Origin: Azolla caroliniana
Lineage: Eukaryota; Plantae; Polypodiophyta
DNA length: 64,000 nucleotides
NCBI GenBank assembly: GCA_043228905.1
Contig: JBHGNT010000003.1
Coordinates: 8,990,001-9,054,000, forward strand
Reading direction: 5' to 3'
The notes below the pieces were generated by a model. It worked only from the letters and a program-made list of their open reading frames with translations. It was not told the DNA's origin and ran no database searches. Made by a program: the position numbers and the translations under genes. Shown here piece after piece: positions 1 to 11,596 of the stretch (position 1 is its first letter; the number at the start of each line of letters is the position of its first letter).

Positions 1-3000
1 TCCGGCACGCTTCCAGCTTGTCGGGTGTGAGCACTTTGGTCAGCATATCCGACCCGTTCTCGTCCGTGTGGATCTTCGTCAGCACGAACTCCTTGTCTTC
101 TATCCTTTCCCGGATCCAGTGATGTCTTCGCTGGATGTGCTTCGTCCGGGAGTGATAGGCCGCGTTCTTCGCAAGGTGGATGGCACTCTGACTGTCGCAG
201 TAGAGTCGGTACTCCTCCTGCCGGATACCGAGCTCTCTAATGAAGTCCTTCATCCATATTATTTCCTTGCTGGCTTCAACAGCCGCCATGTACTCCGCCT
301 CCGTGGTTGACAACGCAACCGTCTTCTGCAGCCTCGACTGCCACGAAACAGCTCCCCCTGCATACGTCATCACATACCCTGATGTGGACCGGCTGGTATC
401 TGCATCAGCCGACATATCCGAATCGGTAAAGCCGTCGAGTTCGGGCTTACCGGAGCCGAATCGGAGGCACACGTTTGCCGTGCCCTTCAGGTATCGGAGT
501 ATCCACTTGGCCGCGTTCCAGTGCTCTTTGCCGGGATTGCTCATGTACCGGCTCACCACTCCGACTGCATATCCTATGTCCGGTCTTGTACACACCATTG
601 CGTACATCAAGCTTCCGACGGCAGAGGCATATGGTACTTTCATCATGTCCTCCTTCTCAGCCTTTGTCTTGGGGATTTGCTTGCTGGACAGCTTGCAGTT
701 TGCCGGGAGGGTTGACCCGACCGGTCTTGCTTCCGACATGTTGAACCGGTGAAGCACCTTTGTCACGTACTTCTCCTGTGACATCCACAACTGCTTCTTC
801 TTCCGGTCCCGGATGATGTGCATCCCTAGTATTTGCCTCGCCGGACCCAGGTCCTTCATTGAGAAGGTTCGGTGAAGCGCTTTCTTCAGCATCCGTATCT
901 TGACCTGGTCCCGTCCGACGATCAACATGTCGTCCACGTACAGGAGGAGTATTAGAGAGTCTCCTCCTTCGAACTTCTTCACAAACACGCAGTGATCGGA
1001 CTGCGTTTTGTGGTACCCTTCGTCGGTCATGAAAGAGTCGAACTTCCGGTACCATTGCCGGGGAGCCTACTTCAGTCCGTAAAGGCTCTTCTTCAACCGG
1101 CATACCAGGTGCTCCTTCCCTTTCTTCTCGAATCCTTCCGGTTGCTGCATGTAGATCTCTTCTTCGAGGTCACCGTGAAGGAATGCCGTCTTCACGTCCA
1201 TCTGTTCTACCTCGAGGTCCATGCTTGCCGCTATGCTCAGCACCGTCCGGATGGAGGTCATCTTCACTACCGGGGCAAATATCTCGTCGAAGTCGACGCC
1301 CTTCTTCTGCTGGAACCCCTTCACCACGATCCTGGCTTTGTATCTCGGGGGGTTTCCGGCATCTCCCGGTTTCAGCTTGAACACCCACTTGTTTCGAAGT
1401 GCCCGCTTTCCTTTCGGCAACTCCACAAGTTCATATGTGTGGTTCTCATGCAGGGAATCCATCTCCTCCTGCATGGCACTTAACCACCTGCGGCTATGGG
1501 TGTCAAGTTTTGCTTCTTCAAAACTCTCCGGCTCCCCTCGTCGATTAGCAGCACGTGCTCTGGTTCCGGAAATCTCCGGGGGGCCCTTCTCTCTCTTAGA
1601 GGATATCTCCGTTCCGGAGCTTCGGTAACCGGCTCCTCCGTTTCCTCTTCATCCGAATCCATTTCGGGATCGGGGCCGGTTCCGGTATCAGTTTCATCTT
1701 CCTCGGCCGGTTATGTTTCTTCACCGTCTTCGGCCGGATCCTCGAGTGCTAACCGGTCCCTTGCCGGTCAGGACTGCTCCTCGTAGAGTTGATCCTCACC
1801 GGTCGACTTGGAGCTCTTCATCTTCTTCTCCGACTCCCAGTCGGCGAGTGTCTTGTCCTCCATGAAGATGATATCACGACTCCGGAATATCTTTTTGTCG
1901 ACCGGGTCCCATACTCGGTAGCCGAACTCGTCATCGCCGTAATCGAGGAATATGCATGGCCGGGTCTTTGGATCTAGCTTTCCTCTCCGGTCCTTTGCCA
2001 CATGCACATATGCGAGACACCCGAACACCTTCAGATGCCGGTAGGATACTTCCCTACCGGTCCACACTCTCTGCGGCATGTCTCCGTCCAAAGGTACTGA
2101 GGGTGATCTGTTTATCACGTATGTCGCCGTCGACATTGCCTCAGCCCAAAACCCCTTGGGTAATTTCGCATGCGCCAGCATACTCCGGACCCTCTCCATA
2201 ATGGTCCAGTTCATCCTCTCGGCCAGCCCGTTCAGTTCCGGCGTCTTCGGCACAGTAAACTCAAGCCGGATTCCCTTCGAGCGACAATACTCCTCGAACT
2301 GCCCCCGGTATTCCCCTCCGTTATCCGCTCGTATCGCCTTCAGCTTCTTGCCGGATTCCCTTTCCACTCTCGCGTGGAGTTCTTTGAAAACGCACAACAC
2401 TTGGTCCTTTGTCTTCAACGGTGCCGTCCACAGCTTCCGGCTGTGGTCATCAATGAATGTCACGAAGTACTGGGCTCCGCCATGTGACTTCGTTTCTACT
2501 TGACACACGTCAGTGTGCACCAACTCCAATGGTGCGCTACGTCTCGTCGGTGGCCTTGAGTGGAAGGAGGTTCGGTTCTGCTTACCGGCCAGGCAATCGG
2601 TGCACTTCTCCAGGTGCACATGCTTCACTGGAATAAGGTTGTCTTCTACAAGCCTCTTCATCCCCTTCTCACTCATGTGGCACAGTCTCTTGTGCCACAG
2701 CTCACCGGCAGTGTCGGCTGCCACGTTCAACTCCTCCGGACACAGCCGGGAATTCATCAGATACAGTGTGTTGACCTTCCGGACCCGAGCCACTATCAGG
2801 CTCCCTTTGCTGAACTTCATGACACCGTTCCGGATGCTACCCGTGTAGCCTTCATCGTCTAGCCTCCCGGCCGAAATCAGGTTCAATCGAACCTCCGGAA
2901 CGTGTCGAACATCCTTCAGCAGCATCTTGCATCCGGTTGATGTCATCAGCCACACGTCTCCTATGCCGGCAATCCGGCATGTACCTTCATTTCCCATCCG

Positions 3001-4035
3001 GACACAGCCGTGCTCACCGGCTGTGTAGGATGAGAAGTATTTCTTCTCCGGGGTCAGGTGGAACGACGCTCCGGAATCGACCACCCAGGTCATCTCTTCA
3101 CCGGCAAGGTTCAGCTCCCTCTCTTCGGTAATGAGCATTATCTCTTCTTCACTTGCCGCGAGTGCCGTCGTTCCTTTCCGGTCCTGCCCTCGCCGATCCG
3201 GACCTCTCCAGTCCGTGGCTCCCCGGTATGCACCGTTTCGCTCCGGTGACTTCTTCGAATCGGTACCGTCGGTTCTGTTGTCTTTCCGGAAATGCCGACA
3301 GTTCTTCTGGAAGTGCCCCGGCTTCCCACAGTAGAAGCATGTAGGTCTTCCCCTCGACTGCGACCGCGTCCCCGACTTCTCCCGTCTTTGCGGACTCCGG
3401 TTCCGTTGTCTTCCCCGTTCCGATTCGGTAAGCAGCGCCTTCGAGTCGGAGGCCGGTTCTTTGTCTCTCCGACGCGCTTCTTCATTTAGAATACTTGTCT
3501 TTACCGTTAGTAAAGACAAGTTCTCTTCCTTACAGGAGGTGCTGAGAGTAACTACCAAGTTCTCCCAGCTCTCCGGAAGGGTACACATCAGCATGATGGC
3601 TTGCATTGCGTCATCCAACGGGAACTTGATCGCCGCAAGCTGGTTCACGAATCCCATGAACGTGCTGACGTGTTCGACCATGCTCTCGCCGTCCCGGTAC
3701 TTAAGATTCACTATCTTCCTCATCAGGGAGGTCCGGGTCAGAGCATTCTTCCTCTCATACAGTCCGGACAGCTTCTACCACATCTCATAAACGTTCGTAT
3801 CGTTCGCCACATGTTGCAGAACACTTACATCGACATATTGCCGGATCGTCGCTACGGCTTTCCGGTTCAGGAGCTTCCACTCCGACTCTATTACCCCCTT
3901 GGGTATCTCGGCATTGTCGATCGGTTCATACAGGTCTCGGACGATGAGAAGGTCTTCCATCTTTATCTTCCAGTCGGCGTAGTTCTGTGAGTTCAACACC
4001 ATCATGCCCGGAGGCCCACTACCGCCGCCTTCCAT
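1..4035 (-). pseudogene. Copia-1 gag-pol polyprotein, interrupted
   Basis: ATG at 4035; in-frame stops at 3775, 1768 and 1067 and a frameshift near 1530-1540. ORF-track pieces are 3775-4092, 1768-3723, 1480-1662 and 1067-1474. Confidence 0.9.
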
Positions 4036-4051
4036 TTTCTGTGTTACCGTC

Positions 4052-4063
4052 GCTCTGATACCA
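4052..4063 (-). promoter_or_regulatory. Primer-binding site, tRNA-iMet
   Basis: TGGTATCAGAGC on the minus strand next to the LTR end. Confidence 0.93.
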
Positions 4064-4066
4064 CTT

Positions 4067-4330
4067 TGTTGAACACAGTGCTCGGCCACCACCGAGGAAT
4101 AGGATCAACTCACAGAAAACAGGAAATACAAAATGCGCGAAGACAATAGAGAGAAGAGTACACAGGATGTTTTACGTGGAGAACCCTAAATGGGAAAAAC
4201 CACGGGAGTCCTCAAACTCCAACTATCACTATAAACAGAGATGTACAATGGTGAAGCTACAAGGCAACAACCCTGAGCTCACTGTCTTCACCACAGGCGG
4301 CGGTAATACACAGAGGCAACGACCTCTTCG

Positions 4331-4361
<31 letters not shown>

Positions 4362-4641
4362 CGCTCTCTCTCGGCTGCTCACTTAGCTCCCTCTAAGTGG
4401 AAAACCAGAAAAATGAGTAACAACTCCAAAACTGTTTGCCCTAAGTCATATTTATACACATATGACTTTCGGGCTATTTACAAATATAGCCTCAAGGGCC
4501 CTTGGCAAACATATTCACAAATATGTCCCCGCATCCGGATCTCTCTCCGAGTACATTCGTCATCCGGCTCCGTAGTCGGGGTCTTCATCATCCGGCTCCG
4601 AACATCCGACCATCCCATCCGGAGGGACCGTAATCCCAACA
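4067..4641 (-). repeat. 5' LTR of Copia-1 (575 bp)
   Basis: TG...CA termini, PBS 3 nt inside, clearly similar to the LTR at 55719-56335. Confidence 0.88.
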
Positions 4642-4664
4642 GTTATTTTTAGTTAATTCATGTT

Positions 4665-5272
4665 GGTGAAATAGTAAAAGAAAGGGAGGAAAAAAAGGCA
4701 GAGCTTGGAAAGGAGTGTATTGTATTGTCTCTAACGACTGAATATCAACGTCTATAGCACACAAAGACTTCGTCTTCTATGACTTATGGGGACCTTGCAT
4801 GACCAATTGAATGTAGGGCAAGCAAGATTCTTTCCGAAGGAGAGACAAGCAAGCATTATAACACCCTCTACTCAACCCACGAGGATATGACTATATCTAG
4901 CCCCAACCAAGTTTCAAGATCTTTAATACATATCTTAATGGAACAAAGTGAACTCCTTTTGGGCAACAAAGTGATAAAAAAATGTAGAGTTTCCCACGGT
5001 GCACGTCTTTCGGTAAAAAAAACTATCGAGGCCACTTGTGTGCATGGGTTATCAAGCAAAAAGATGAAGAATATGTTGGAATGGTCTTCATTTTGAATGG
5101 TTCATAATAACTTTAAAAATGCTCCCATGAATTTGAGTACCTATTATATATTGAAGTTGTGTCATGTCAACGCATCCATCCATCCGTCTGGCATTAAGTA
5201 GTTCCTAATCGCTAATTAGTAGGTAGGTATTTGATTAATCATTACAAATTTAGCTCCCAATTCTCGACATTA
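4665..5272 (+). promoter_or_regulatory. Conserved upstream/promoter region of PGG paralogue 1
   Basis: Aligns over ~550 bp with 20631-21159 (e.g. CACAAAGACTTCGTC, CCGAAGGAGAGACAAGCAAG, GGTCTTCATTTTG); TATA-like TATATATTG near 5145. Confidence 0.65.
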
Positions 5273-6265
5273 ATGAGTTTTCATACTGCGAGGACCCACG
5301 CCAAGCCCTCCTCCCCGGTAAAGCACAATGGCGAGGAAATTTTGGGGAGTATACGACGCCCCCTGATATTGGAAGCAGATCGGGCGGTGTCGGAGCAAAA
5401 CACTAGGAACTTAACGGAAGTGGAGCGTGGGGTGCTATGGGAGGTGGACATGGCACGGCGCTGTGTACACAACTTCGGTAAGATGTCGAGCGCCCATGCC
5501 ATCCTCTCCCTCCTCGTAACCGTCAATCTCATCGGGTTCCTTCAACCGCCCAAAGGCTGGAACATGAATGAGAACCAGTCCAACAGTTTGGCCAACACCG
5601 GTGATGATAACTTGCCGGCGGTGAGCATCATGTTCAACACCGCGGCTATTAAATGCTTCTCCATCACCAATGGCCTGTCTCTTTATAGTGCCATCACTGG
5701 GCTGCTCTTCTATATCTATTGCAGCTATACATCCATCCTACCATTGGGAACGTTGCCGCTCCCGATGGGAATGGGGGCGGAGAGATACGATGCACGTGCC
5801 ATCGAGTTGCTCCACCAGACGCGTGCCTTCTTGCGGTGCGTGGAATTGCCAGCCATTGGCCGTCGCTCGCTCTTGCAATTCGCCTTCCTTACCTTATCCC
5901 TCATCTTCTCAGGCATGGCATTTATCTCATCCGGTACGGCCTCCGTGGGGCCCGACCACGTGCTTGTCTCCATCGTGGTGCCGGCGTTGCCCGGTTGCGC
6001 ATGTGTGTTCATCTCGCTCGGCCTCGCTGTATGTAAGTATTGGAAGGAGCTCCAATTCGACAAGCGCTTCGACTTCTTCTGGAGGAACGTGGTTCGTATT
6101 CACGAAAAATGCATCCCGGAATTGGTTCCGATCGGCCCAGATGATTACTCGGGCTTGGATCCGATCCCCTTCAGATGGGTCACTATGTATATTTCCCCTT
6201 ATGAATGCAAGGACAGGAAACACTTCCATCCTTCCCATAGGCACATGCAGGCTGCTACTAGTTAA
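5273..6265 (+). CDS. PGG-domain membrane protein without ankyrin repeats (ACD6-like TM domain), paralogue 1, 330 aa
   Basis: Intact intronless ORF with LLVTVNLIGFLQPPKGW (PGG motif variant), CFSITNGLSLYSA helix and ~4 hydrophobic segments. ATG 5273 aligns with the start of paralogues 2 and 3. Confidence 0.82.
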   Translation: MSFHTARTHAKPSSPVKHNGEEILGSIRRPLILEADRAVSEQNTRNLTEVERGVLWEVDMARRCVHNFGKMSSAHAILSLLVTVNLIGFLQPPKGWNMNENQSNSLANTGDDNLPAVSIMFNTAAIKCFSITNGLSLYSAITGLLFYIYCSYTSILPLGTLPLPMGMGAERYDARAIELLHQTRAFLRCVELPAIGRRSLLQFAFLTLSLIFSGMAFISSGTASVGPDHVLVSIVVPALPGCACVFISLGLAVCKYWKELQFDKRFDFFWRNVVRIHEKCIPELVPIGPDDYSGLDPIPFRWVTMYISPYECKDRKHFHPSHRHMQAATS

Positions 6266-6325
6266 AAAGCCATCTTACCATGACATTATATTATGTTTGA
6301 CCAGCATCCCATGCTCTACTGAGCT

Positions 6326-6566
6326 TGTTGTAATAAACTTATTAGTTAGAATAAATAAATAGGAAAATAGGAAATATAATACGAAAAGGTAATCCTAAGA
6401 TTAAACGGTGTACCACACTAACCACCACAATTTCTCACAAGTGTTCCATTTGTTATAGTGTGAGAAGATGGTGACATTCAAAACAAAATTCTCTCTCCCT
6501 CTCTTTCAATTCAATACATACTTGTACATGCTCTTTCAATTCAATACTTCTACATGGTATCATAGC
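6326..6566 (+). mobile_element. Old LTR (6326-6554) with tRNA-Met PBS inserted in the 3' flank of paralogue 1
   Basis: 3'-flank homology to paralogue 3 stops at GAGCT (6325); TGTTG... follows and ends ...TTCTACA, directly followed by TGGTATCATAGC. Confidence 0.65.
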
Positions 6567-6790
6567 AGTGAAGGAGCCCAATCCGATCAAGAAAATTGTC
6601 GTGGTGTCAAGAATCGAACCATGTCAAATGTTGGAGCGCTAATGAATATCGCGGCAAATGCCGTCTAGGTATCGTCTCGCAGTTATCACAAAAGTTAAAG
6701 ATGATAGAAGATTTAACATGTTTTCAAATCAACACGATTTGCTAAACCCTCATAGACACCGAATGATCAATTATGCCCAAGCACATAATG

Positions 6791-7532
6791 TGTTGTGTAA
6801 AGGCGTCCCTCCTTGCGGGGGAGTCGGCCGAAAAGTCGACTTGAGTGTCGACTAGTCGAAATCGGCCGAAAAACCGAATTACCGAATTTGGAAAGTAAAA
6901 GAATAGTCAGTTGCGAAGAACCGAATCGGGGGTTAGCTGATCGAATTCGATGAGAGAGTCAAATTCGTATTCAATCGAATAGACACACATATACATATAC
7001 ATATGTCTTCTACATTCAAAGAACAAAATGACTTAGTATATATATGTTGATAGGCCTGGTAGTGCGCCTGTATGTGGGATAACTCACTAAGAGTGAAATA
7101 GTGAGAAAAGGGGAAAACCTACATAGCGTATGTGAGGGTGTGAGATATATATATATGAGAGAAAAACGAGTTGTGTGCGTGTGGTAAATCTGAGAACGAC
7201 TGGTTTTCTGCACAGTAGTGGCTGTGTAAGAGTACACGTACTCAGAAGCTAAGTAAGAAGAAAAGAAGTGTGAAGCAAAAGAGAAAAAAGACAGAGAAGC
7301 TTCGGAAGCTTCGGAAGGAATAGTCACCTGCGTGCTAGAGTTTGAAGAGCTTGACTGAAATCGTGGTTTCAGTACATGCTCATACCAAATCAGGTTTCAT
7401 TGTTCTGTGATTGTATTCTGTCATTTCTCATAGTGAAATTTCTGTTCCGTGGTTTTTCCCTAAATCAGGGTTTTCCACGTAAATTGTGTGTTCTTTCTTA
7501 TTTCCTGTTTAAATCGGAGTGAAACTCTTACA
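6791..7532 (+). repeat. 5' LTR of Copia-2 (742 bp)
   Basis: TG...CA; near-identical to 11587-12400. Confidence 0.96.
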
Positions 7533-7535
7533 AAC

Positions 7536-7547
7536 TGGTATCAGAGC
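7536..7547 (+). promoter_or_regulatory. PBS, tRNA-iMet
   Basis: TGGTATCAGAGC 3 nt after the LTR. Confidence 0.95.
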
Positions 7548-7558
7548 ATAGGTTCTAG

Positions 7559-10500
7559 ATGGAAGGGAGCGTGAGTGGCTTTCCTGGGATGATTGTCTTG
7601 AACTCACAAAACTATTCAGATTGGAAGATCAAAATGGAAGATCTCCTAATAGTAAAAGACTTGTATGAGCCCATAGAAAACAAGGATATACCAAAGGGGG
7701 TAATAGATTCGGAGTGAAGAATCCTAAATAGGAAGGCAGTGGCGACCATAAGACAATGTGTAGACATTAGTGTCCTACAACATGTAGCGAGTGACACAAA
7801 TGCCTTCGAGCTATGGCATAAGCTTTCCGCTCTGTATGAAAGGAAAAATGCCTTAAATAAGACCTTCTTGATGAGGAAGATAGTGAGACTGAAGTATGTA
7901 GACGGGGAGAGTATAGTAGAGCACATTAGTGCGTTTATGGGACTAGTGAATCAGTTAGCATCATCAAAGTTCCCATTAGATGATTGTATGCAGGCCACAC
8001 TATTATTATGTACTCTACTTGATAGTTGGGAAAACCTAATAGTAACACTCAGCACTTCATGTAAAGAAGACAACTTATCCTTACAAGTAGTAAAAACGAC
8101 TATTCTAAATGAAGAGACAAGAAGAAAGGATAAAAGTGCTTTATCTCAATCGGAGGCTAATGTGACCCAAGAATTTAGTAGAGGTAGAAGAGAACATAGA
8201 AGTCTAGAAAATGGGGATAGGTTTAGGTCGAAATCTAGAGGAAGACCTACATGTTTTTATTGTGGGAAGCCTGGTCACTTCCAAAAGAATTGTCGACACC
8301 TTAGGAAGGACAAAGGCATGGCTGATGAGATTGAACCTAGAAAAATCTCCGATGATAAAAATACCTCAGCCATCGCAACTAGTGAGGAAGAGATGTTGTT
8401 CATATGTGAACAAGCTAGTGTGAATCTTGCAAGTGCTGAGAGCTCATGGGTAGTGGATTCCGGTGCATCATTTCACCTAACTCCCAAAAGAGAATGTTTC
8501 TCATCCTACACAGCAGGTGACTATGGTCATGTAAAGATGGGAAATGACGGGGAATGCAAGATTGTGGGCATAGGAACTGTGTGCTTGCTAACATCTACAG
8601 GCTGCAGGTTAATGGTGAAGGATGTACGTCATGTTCCGGATGTCAGGTTGAACTTGATATCGGCTGGACGGCTAGACGATGAAGGGTACAGTGGTGGCTT
8701 CCAAAATGGTTCATGGAAGTTCTGTAAAGGGAGCCTGATCGTGGCTCGAGCCCAAAAACAGAACACACTATATGTAATGCATGGGAAGTTGTGTCGAGAG
8801 GAAGCAAATGTAGTGGCTGGCTCAGATGGTGAGTTGTGGCATAAAAGGCCCGGACATATGAGTGAAAGGGGAATGCATATCCTTGCGGAAAAGGATTTCC
8901 TACCAGAGGTGAAAGGAGTGCATTTGGAAAAGTGTGTGGATTGCCTGGCTGGAAAGCAAAATAGAACAGCGTTTCACTCTAGGCCTCCAATGAGGAGAGA
9001 GCATGCCTTAGAGTTGGTTCACACCGATGTATGTTATGTTGATGCCCCATCTCATCGTGGAGGACAATACTTTGTCACATTTATTGATGACTTCAGTAGG
9101 AAAGTGTGGACTTATGTGCTAGTGTCTAAAGACCAAGTGTTGTCGGTCTTTGAAGAGTTTCATGCCAGGGCAGAAAGAGAATCCGGACAGAAGCTGAAGG
9201 CTGTCCGGACAGATAACGGTGGCGAATATAGAGGCCAATTTGAGATGTATTGCAAGACTCAAGGCATCAAACTTGAGTATACGGTGCCGAAGACACCTGA
9301 GCTAAATGGTCTAGCAGAAAGAATGAATCGGACCATAATGGAAAGGGTAAGAAGCATGTTGGCACATGCAAAATTGCCAAAATCATATTGGGTTGAAGCA
9401 ATGTTGACGGCTGTTTATCTCATAAACAGGTCTCCATCAGTGCCTTTGAAGGGGGATGTACCACAAAGAGTGTGGACAAGAAGAAATGTGTCTTATCAGC
9501 ACTTAAAGGTGTTTGGATGTTTGGCCTATGTACATGTTGCTAAAGATCAGAGGTCAAAACTGGACAGCAAGTCCAAACCTTGTATATTCTTGGGGTACTC
9601 GGAAGATGAGTTCGGGTATAGAATGTGGGATCTCCTTGACAAGAAAGTGATAAGAAGTCGAGATGTCATATTCATGGAAGACAAGACAATCGAGGATTGG
9701 GAGCAACAAAGACAAGAGTCGTCTCCCAAATCGATCACTGTTATGGAGTCAATACTAGTCGATCCGACTCACACACAACAATCGGCTAATGAAATTGAAT
9801 TTGAGTCGGTCGACACCCAACAACAATCTGAGTCGGTCGACACCCAACATCTGACTGATACACACAAATTGGAGTCGGAAGATGAGTTGCTGGAAGAAAA
9901 CGGCCATCAGCCAATTACTGAAGGGAGAAGATATCCACGAAGACAAAGGAAGGTCTCTTCTAGATATCCAGCCAGTCAATATGTTCTCTTGAGTGATGAA
10001 GGGGAACCAGAATGCTATGAAGAGGCCATGACTGATGTACACAAGGAGAAATGGTATAATGCCATGCAAGAAGAAATGGATTCCTTGCATGAGAATCTAA
10101 CTTATGAGCTGATGGAGTTGCCTGATGGTAAGAAGGCACTTAGAAACAAATGGGTCTACAAATTAAAGACTGGTGAAGATGGTAGTACACCCAGGTATAA
10201 GGCCCGTATCGTCGTAAAGGGTTTCCAACAGAAAAAGGGTGTTGACTTTGATGAGATTTTTGCCCCAGTTGTAAAAATGACCTCTATTCGGACTGTCTTG
10301 AGTATGGCCGCTAGTATGAATCTTGAAATCGAACAACTAGATGTTAAAACAGCCTTCTTGCATGGTGAGCTAGAAGAGGAAATCTATATGCAACAACCGG
10401 AGGGTTTTGAGGTAAAAGGAAAAGAAAATCTCGTGTGTAGGTTGAAGAAAAGCTTGTATGGTTTAAAGCAAGCTCCACGACAATGGTATAAGAAATTTGA

Positions 10501-11596
10501 GTCCTTCATGTTGGAACATGGATTCCACAAAACACAAGCCGATCATTGTGTATTTGTGAAAAGGTATAATGAGGGTGACTTTCTTATTTTGTTGTTGTAT
10601 GTGGATGATATGTTGGTTGTTGGACAGGATGTCAAAAAGATTGCAAGCTTGAAGAAATCATTGAGCAAATCATTTGCCATGAAAGACTTAGGACCGGCAA
10701 AACAGATTTTGGGAATGCATATAGTCCGGGACAGGACTGAAAACTTGCTATGGCTATCACAAGAGAAATATGTCACAAAAGTTTTGCAAAGTTTTAATAT
10801 GTGCGATGCAAAATCGGTCGGATCTCCATTGCCAATGGACTGTAAGTTAAATTCAGGACAATGTCCGAAATCTGAGAAAGATAAGGCAGAGATGAGAAGA
10901 GTGTCGTATGCCTCTGCGGTTGGTAGCCTTATGTATGCTATGGTTTGCACAAGGCCGGACATTGCATTTGCTGTCGGGACAGCTAGTCGATACATGGGAA
11001 ATCCTGGAAGGGAGCATTGGGAAGCTGTGAAATGGATTCTTAGATACCTCAAAGGAACTTCGAATGTATGTCTTAGATATGGCTCCGGGAAACCTGTGCT
11101 AGAAGGTTTTACAGATTCTGACATGTCGGGTGATGTAGATTCTAGCCGATCCACATCAGGATATGTGATGACGTATTCAGGGGGAGCTGTGTCATGGCAA
11201 TCAAGATTGCAAAAGGTTGTGGCTTTGTCTACCACCGAGGTTGAGTATATGGCTGCAGTGGAAGCCGGAAAAGAATTGATTTGGATGAGAGAGTTCTTGA
11301 ATGAACTAGGATTGAAGCAAGACAAGTATTTAATTCATTGTGACAATCAAAGTGCTATCCATCTGGCTAAAAATGCTACCTACCACTCTCGTACAAAGCA
11401 CATTCAAAGAAGGTATCATTGGTTAAGAGAAAGAGTGGAAGAAAATGAGTTTGTTCTATCTAAGATCCCCACTGAAGAAAATGGCTCAGACATGCTCACA
11501 AAAGTTTTGCCTATGGAAAAACTTGTTGCATGCCGGAATAAGATTGGCTTGGTTGGTTCTCCCCCTACAGGAGTGAAGGGGGAGTTTGTTGTGTAA
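7559..11596 (+). pseudogene. Copia-2 gag-pol with a single premature stop
   Basis: ATG 7559; TGA at 7715-7717 where Copia-1 has Trp; the rest is open (1285-aa ORF 7739-11596) with CCHC, DSGAS, DDE integrase, YVDD RT and RNase H. Confidence 0.93.

Larger units (their letters stand above)
1..4641 (-). mobile_element. Ty1/copia LTR retrotransposon (Copia-1), 3' end outside the window
   Basis: Minus-strand order: LTR, tRNA-Met PBS, gag (CFYCGKPGHFQKNC knuckle), protease (WVVDSGAS), GAG-pre-integrase, integrase, RT (YKARIVVKG, YVDDML), RNase H (copia order). Confidence 0.96.

Noticed and set aside
240-3489. Many plus-strand ORFs over Copia-1 (and 10543-11325 on minus over Copia-2)
   Set aside because: Antisense shadows of GC-rich pol coding sequence with no independent motifs.
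5231-5272. Longer N-terminus for paralogue 1
   Set aside because: TTG start; the ATG at 5273 aligns with the other two paralogues.
5273-6265. Horizontal (bacterial) origin of the intronless GC-rich PGG genes
   Set aside because: PGG is a plant domain, plant-type promoter elements are present, and the TM region of such genes is commonly one exon.
7016-7327. 103-aa ORF repeated at 11859-12170
   Set aside because: Lies inside the two LTRs; the repetition reflects LTR identity, and it has a non-ATG start and low complexity.
7715-7717. Programmed stop read-through in Copia-2 gag
   Set aside because: The homologous codon is TGG in Copia-1; a simple G>A mutation explains it.
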